64,000 nucleotides of DNA from Azolla caroliniana (taxonomy: Eukaryota; Plantae; Polypodiophyta), in contig JBHGNT010000016.1 in assembly GCA_043228905.1 (NCBI GenBank), forward strand, positions 9,796,001 through 9,860,000, in the 5' to 3' direction. A program made the translations under genes and the position numbers. Under the pieces are notes generated by a model that saw nothing but the letters and a program-made list of their open reading frames with translations, did no database searches and was not told where the DNA came from. Every line of letters starts with the position of its first letter. Position 1 is the stretch's first letter. Positions 59,616-64,000 of the stretch are shown one piece after another.

Positions 59616-61360
59616 TGTCAAATATGAGAAAAAACGTGTAATGAAATGAAGGCAAGAGTGATTGCAATGCAGCAGAAGATGATTGAGTGTGTGTGTGGCA
59701 ATAGAGGGAGAGAGAGAGAGAGAGAGAGAGCTCTTGAGACTGAGATGGAAAAACTAAACTGTATATTAATAAAAAATACATAAAAACATAAAACGTCCAA
59801 CAGTAACCAAGTTACAATGCGTTGGTTTATATACCAACTAAGTTAGGGCAAGTGCCCTTTCTACTATTTACAAAACTAGCCCAACATGTCCATGAGCTAG
59901 TGTGAAACCTATCTATGGGAAGTTGAGTTCGACTCTCAACACACCCCTTCGAACACAACTTCTATCTGTCGAGAAGGTTGTTCGGTTCGTACTTCAACTT
60001 GTCTAGTCAGTTGTGTTGCATACTCGCATACTCAATCAATTGTGTATGTGTTGCGTATCATTGCGTATTGCTTCCATGTCGCCTGTACCTGTACTCCCTC
60101 TCAAGTTCGGCAATGTAGATGTCGTGAGACCAAGGTCCGATGCCAATTTCCCGAGCTTGTCGACTCCTAAGGCCTTTGTAAATATATCAACAACTTGGAG
60201 GTGCGTACTAGTATGTTGTAGATCGATCTCACCGTTCTGTACGCGCTCGCGGATGAACTGGTAATGCACTTCAATATGTTTAGTCCACGCGTGGAATACA
60301 GGGTTCTGCGCCAGGTACATACTGCTCAGGTTGTCGCAGTAGAGACGAATTGGATCCTTGATGGGAACGCCCAGATCCTTTAGTCTACGTTTAAGCCATA
60401 CGGCTTTGCATGCGGCGACTGTTGCGCCCCTATATTCGGCTTCTGTGCTTGACAATGAGACTGTCGGCTGTTTCTTGCTACTCCAAGAGATTGCACCGCT
60501 GCCGAGGGAGAAGACAAATCCGGAGGTGGATCGTCTATCTGCTTTATAGCCTACCCAGTCCGTGTCGGTATACCCTTCGAGGTGAATAGTCATGTTCGAC
60601 TTATACATGATGCCGTAAGCCAATGTCGTACTGACATACCATAGTATCCTCTTAGCACAATCAAGATGAAGGTATCGCGGATTCTGCATCAACCGAATAA
60701 CAGAGGTCGGCTCGCGTAATGGTTAGATAGATCAAACTACCGATCAGTTGTTGGTACTAAGTCGGCTTGCTCGCTCTCAGCGGTTCCGGAATTGGCATCA
60801 ATCTTTAGGTTACGATTGAGAGGGGTAGACATAGGCTTGCACTCGATCATTCCGAACTTGTAGAGTAAGTTGAGGACATAATGTCGTCGTGAGATCATTA
60901 TCCCGACTGGTGTCTGAATTACTTCAATGCCTTGGAAGTAATGGAGTTCGTGCAGGTCTTTCATTTCGAATCTGCCAAAGAGAAGTGTTTTGACTCCGAT
61001 GACCAAGTCATCCACGTATAGGATGATGATGATCGGGCTATCCAACTCATTTTGGATGTACAGAGAGGTGTCAGATTTTGACATCAGAAATCCGACTTGG
61101 TGAAGATATTGCGTGATCTTCGAGTGCCAAGCACGTAGTGCTTGTTTAAGGTCGTAGAGTGGCTTCTTGAGTTGGCATATGGACTTTCGAATCCGGGTGG
61201 TTGTATCATGTATACCTCTTCTTCTAACTCTCCTTGGAGGAAAGCATTTTTCACGTCCATCTAGTGGAGGTGCCATCCCTTCGCTGCGGCGAGTGCAATT
61301 ACTGTCCGTACAGTTGTCATCTTTGCCACTGGGGCAAATCAAATCATAGCTCACGGCAGA
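59616..61360 (-). mobile_element. Copia (A-related) 3' part: RT, RNase H, PPT and LTR 59616-59941
   Basis: ILYVDDLVI; SLSSTEAEY; TKHIEVHYQFIRE; DIFTKAL; GAAGGGGTG before TGTTGAGAGTCGAACTCAAC. Confidence 0.92.
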
Positions 61361-61922
61361 CAAGAATTGAGAGCACCAGTGACAGTACTTGTGAGACCAA
61401 CCGCACACCGCTTCCAATAAAGCCCACCCACGACAACATTAGACGTTCTACGTGCGAGACTATGGCATTCTCCCACCCACGTTACAACGGCGAACACAAT
61501 GTCGAGGCCCATTTGAGTTCTTTTTTCAACGTCTGGAACATGAACCACGTGTCGTAGCGGCTTCCGGAATCCGAGGCCAATGCATCTAAAATCAAGGAAT
61601 TTAGGCTCACTCTCGATAGATGAGCGGCACGGTGGCACTCACAGCTCGATCTCTCGACCTTTACGAATTTCGACCAGCTCACGACGTTCCTTCGACTGTT
61701 TCACCGGAGTGTTCCACAACGCGAACTCATTGCTCAGTTCTACTCTATCAGGCAGTTCAATCAAGAATCTATTGCCAATTTCGTCATCCAGTTCTAGAAC
61801 TTAAGAAGCCAGCTTAGGTGGGCACCCACTGAGGACAAGGCTAAGGAAACCTTGCTCGACGCTTTTGCATTGGACCATGCAAACAACGCTAGGCATGCTT
61901 GATTTCATAGGCCAGACAACGG

Positions 61923-62583
61923 TGTCACGTTGCTACGCGCGTGCGTGGAGAACAAGGCGGGACCACTGGGTTCTTGGACCGAGGAATAGGTGAGAAAAGG
62001 GGGGGGGGAGAGAGAGACAGACGCTCACACACGTATAGACAAAGAAGCGCATGGGGACGCGGCCGAACAACACAGGAGACACGAGTTGAGCAGGAAATAG
62101 AGTATAAGAACACTAGTGTATGTATATAAATATATGTATGCAGACGACTCGAACGGTTACAGCCGATCAGGTCGGCGAGATAGATGCCGACGCCTGATCA
62201 CCCACGCACACAGGGGGGGGCAAGATAGAGATTCTGTCGGAAGCACACGGGTGTTCCACGGAGCAGGATCAGCCTCTCGAGAACCTGCGCAAAAGAAGCT
62301 ATGTAGAACGATAGAGAAGAAGAGCTCGGTCCCAGTCCGACAGCACTTCGTCCCCTCTAGCGCGCGATACCTTCTCTCCCCGTCTCCCTCTCTTTTATAG
62401 CTCAAGGAGGGAGGCCGTTTCACCCGTTTACATCACATTAATTCTCTCTATTGAATATTGCTACCTAGGATTCAACTTTTGTGCCTACCTATCTACTATA
62501 CAACAAGGGGCGTGCCCACGTGTAAGGGCCGGTTCACACACGCTATACACAGTTTGCGCCTGGGGACGGTTTTCTTCACGACA
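61923..62583 (-). repeat. 3' LTR of a gypsy element (Phygy-like)
   Basis: TGTC...GACA termini, minus-strand TATAAAA near 62393-62399 and PPT GAGGGCGGA at 62584-62592. Confidence 0.85.
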
Positions 62584-62659
62584 TCCGCCCTCACCTAACC
62601 GCGCATCCACCGGTATGCGCCAAAATTGGGTTCCTACTGGAGAAAACCGGTCCTAGTTT

Positions 62660-64000
62660 TTATTCCTCGTTTACCGGTTCGTCCTCCGCCTCGGGCTGCT
62701 CGTCGTTGTTGTCCATGCCCCCTAGCTCTGGCTCACCGTTGTGCCGTTTCTTGAATGCTTTGATCCTCTTCCCCGCTACCGATATTGCCATTCTCGTACT
62801 GTCGAGCTCCGCGAGATGGTACGTCCCATTGTCGTTGGCGCCTGCTACTACGTAAGGCCCGAACCACCTCCTCGCAAACTTCCGCGTGGCCCTGTGCTGA
62901 TTGTCGAGGCTGCTGTCGTAGACTAGCACCCAGTCACCTTCCTCGATCTTCCTTGGCTGGAGCCGGTGTGTTCGGTCGAACCGGGCTTTGTTCCTTATCC
63001 TCGCTACCCGAAGTTTCTCCGCGGCTCGCTCTACGTCCTCCGGCCTCCGCTCGAGCTATCGAATCCGCGCCGCCAACAGTTCCTCCCGGCTCATCTCATC
63101 CCTCCAGTCCACCGTGGCCCACGAGGAGATCGTTCGCTCTGTTGGCATGATCGGCTTCTATCCGAACATGAGCTCCGCCGGCATGAACCCGGTTACCGAA
63201 CTGTGCGTAGTCCGGTCCGCCCACAAGGCATAAGGTAGCAGCCGTGGCCAGTTCCCGACTTGGCCTCCGCACGCCCGTACTAGCGCTTTGACAATCGGCC
63301 CGTGTCCGCGCTCTACCTTCCCGTTCGCCTTTGGATTGTACGCTATGGTGAGCGAAAGTTTGACTCCTAGCTGGTCGAACAGCTCTTCGGCCTCTTCTGC
63401 ATCCAACTCACCACGGTCAGCCACGATCTTCCCTATGCACCTGTATCGACATACCACGTCCTCAATCAAAAACCAGCACACGACTGTTGTCGTCTTGTTC
63501 TCCAGGGCTCGGCCTACAACCTGGTTCGTTAGATCCTCCCAAGCCAGCACTAGATACCGCATCTGTCCTACCCCCATTGGCATTGTCACCAAATCCACCA
63601 TCCACTTGAAGTGGACGGTCGGAGGGTGGGTCGGGTGAAGCTCGTCCCGGTGTTAGATCACGGAGTGCACCTGATAGCTTTCGCAAGTCATGACGAACCG
63701 ATGCACGTCCCGGTATAGTCCCGGCCACGAGTACTTCCCCTTTAGCTTTTCGAACGTGGCCCACGTTCCACGGTGTCCAGCCCAAGGACTATCGTGGTAC
63801 GCCACCAGCAAATCCTCCTGTTCCTCCTTCGCCACCACTCGGAGCGGGATGTCGTTCCTCTTCTTCGGGTGCTTCCATATATACCCGTCCTGGAGAAAGA
63901 ATCGGTATGCTTTCTTCCGAATCCGGTTGACCTCATCCTTTGTCCATGCCGCGTCCGGTGTCATTGTTCTCAGGAACCCGCCGATCTGCAACCAATCCCC
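62660..64000 (-). pseudogene. pol: Gypsy integrase (Phygy-like), frameshifted
   Basis: HDSPWAGHRG; WMVDLVTMP...EDLTNQV.GRAL; ADRGEL; ANGKVERGH; RWFGPYVV. The lineage call is tentative. Confidence 0.9.

Overview
This 64-kb window contains no recognisable host gene. It is a heterochromatin-like nest of mostly degenerate retrotransposons from a land plant, probably a non-seed plant; that is an inference from the self-priming Tcn1-like chromovirus, a Phygy-like integrase and CCCTAAA motifs. It holds one structurally complete chromovirus (14300-19918, TSD GTTAG, self-priming PBS), a second chromovirus on the minus strand, many Ty1/copia fragments and LTRs, an L1-type LINE fragment and several tandem repeats. 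It also holds an Athila/Tat-like non-chromovirus group, called LTR families C, D and E here, with an extra 3' ORF and non-coding derivatives. The most unusual signal comes from this group. Immediately upstream of the 3' LTR, where a polypurine tract should be, five copies carry a sense-orientation mimic of the 3' half of tRNA-Arg ending in CCA, with a covarying hairpin inserted in the T-loop. Two insertions of the same group (2372-7999 and 42499-45258) have perfect 5-bp TSDs yet show LTR 3' (U5) ends at both termini. One of them joins two different LTR families. A split TSD also reveals an inversion of about 9.4 kb (24505-33896). Family letters are my own labels. Lineage and tRNA assignments rest on motifs recalled from memory, not on database searches.
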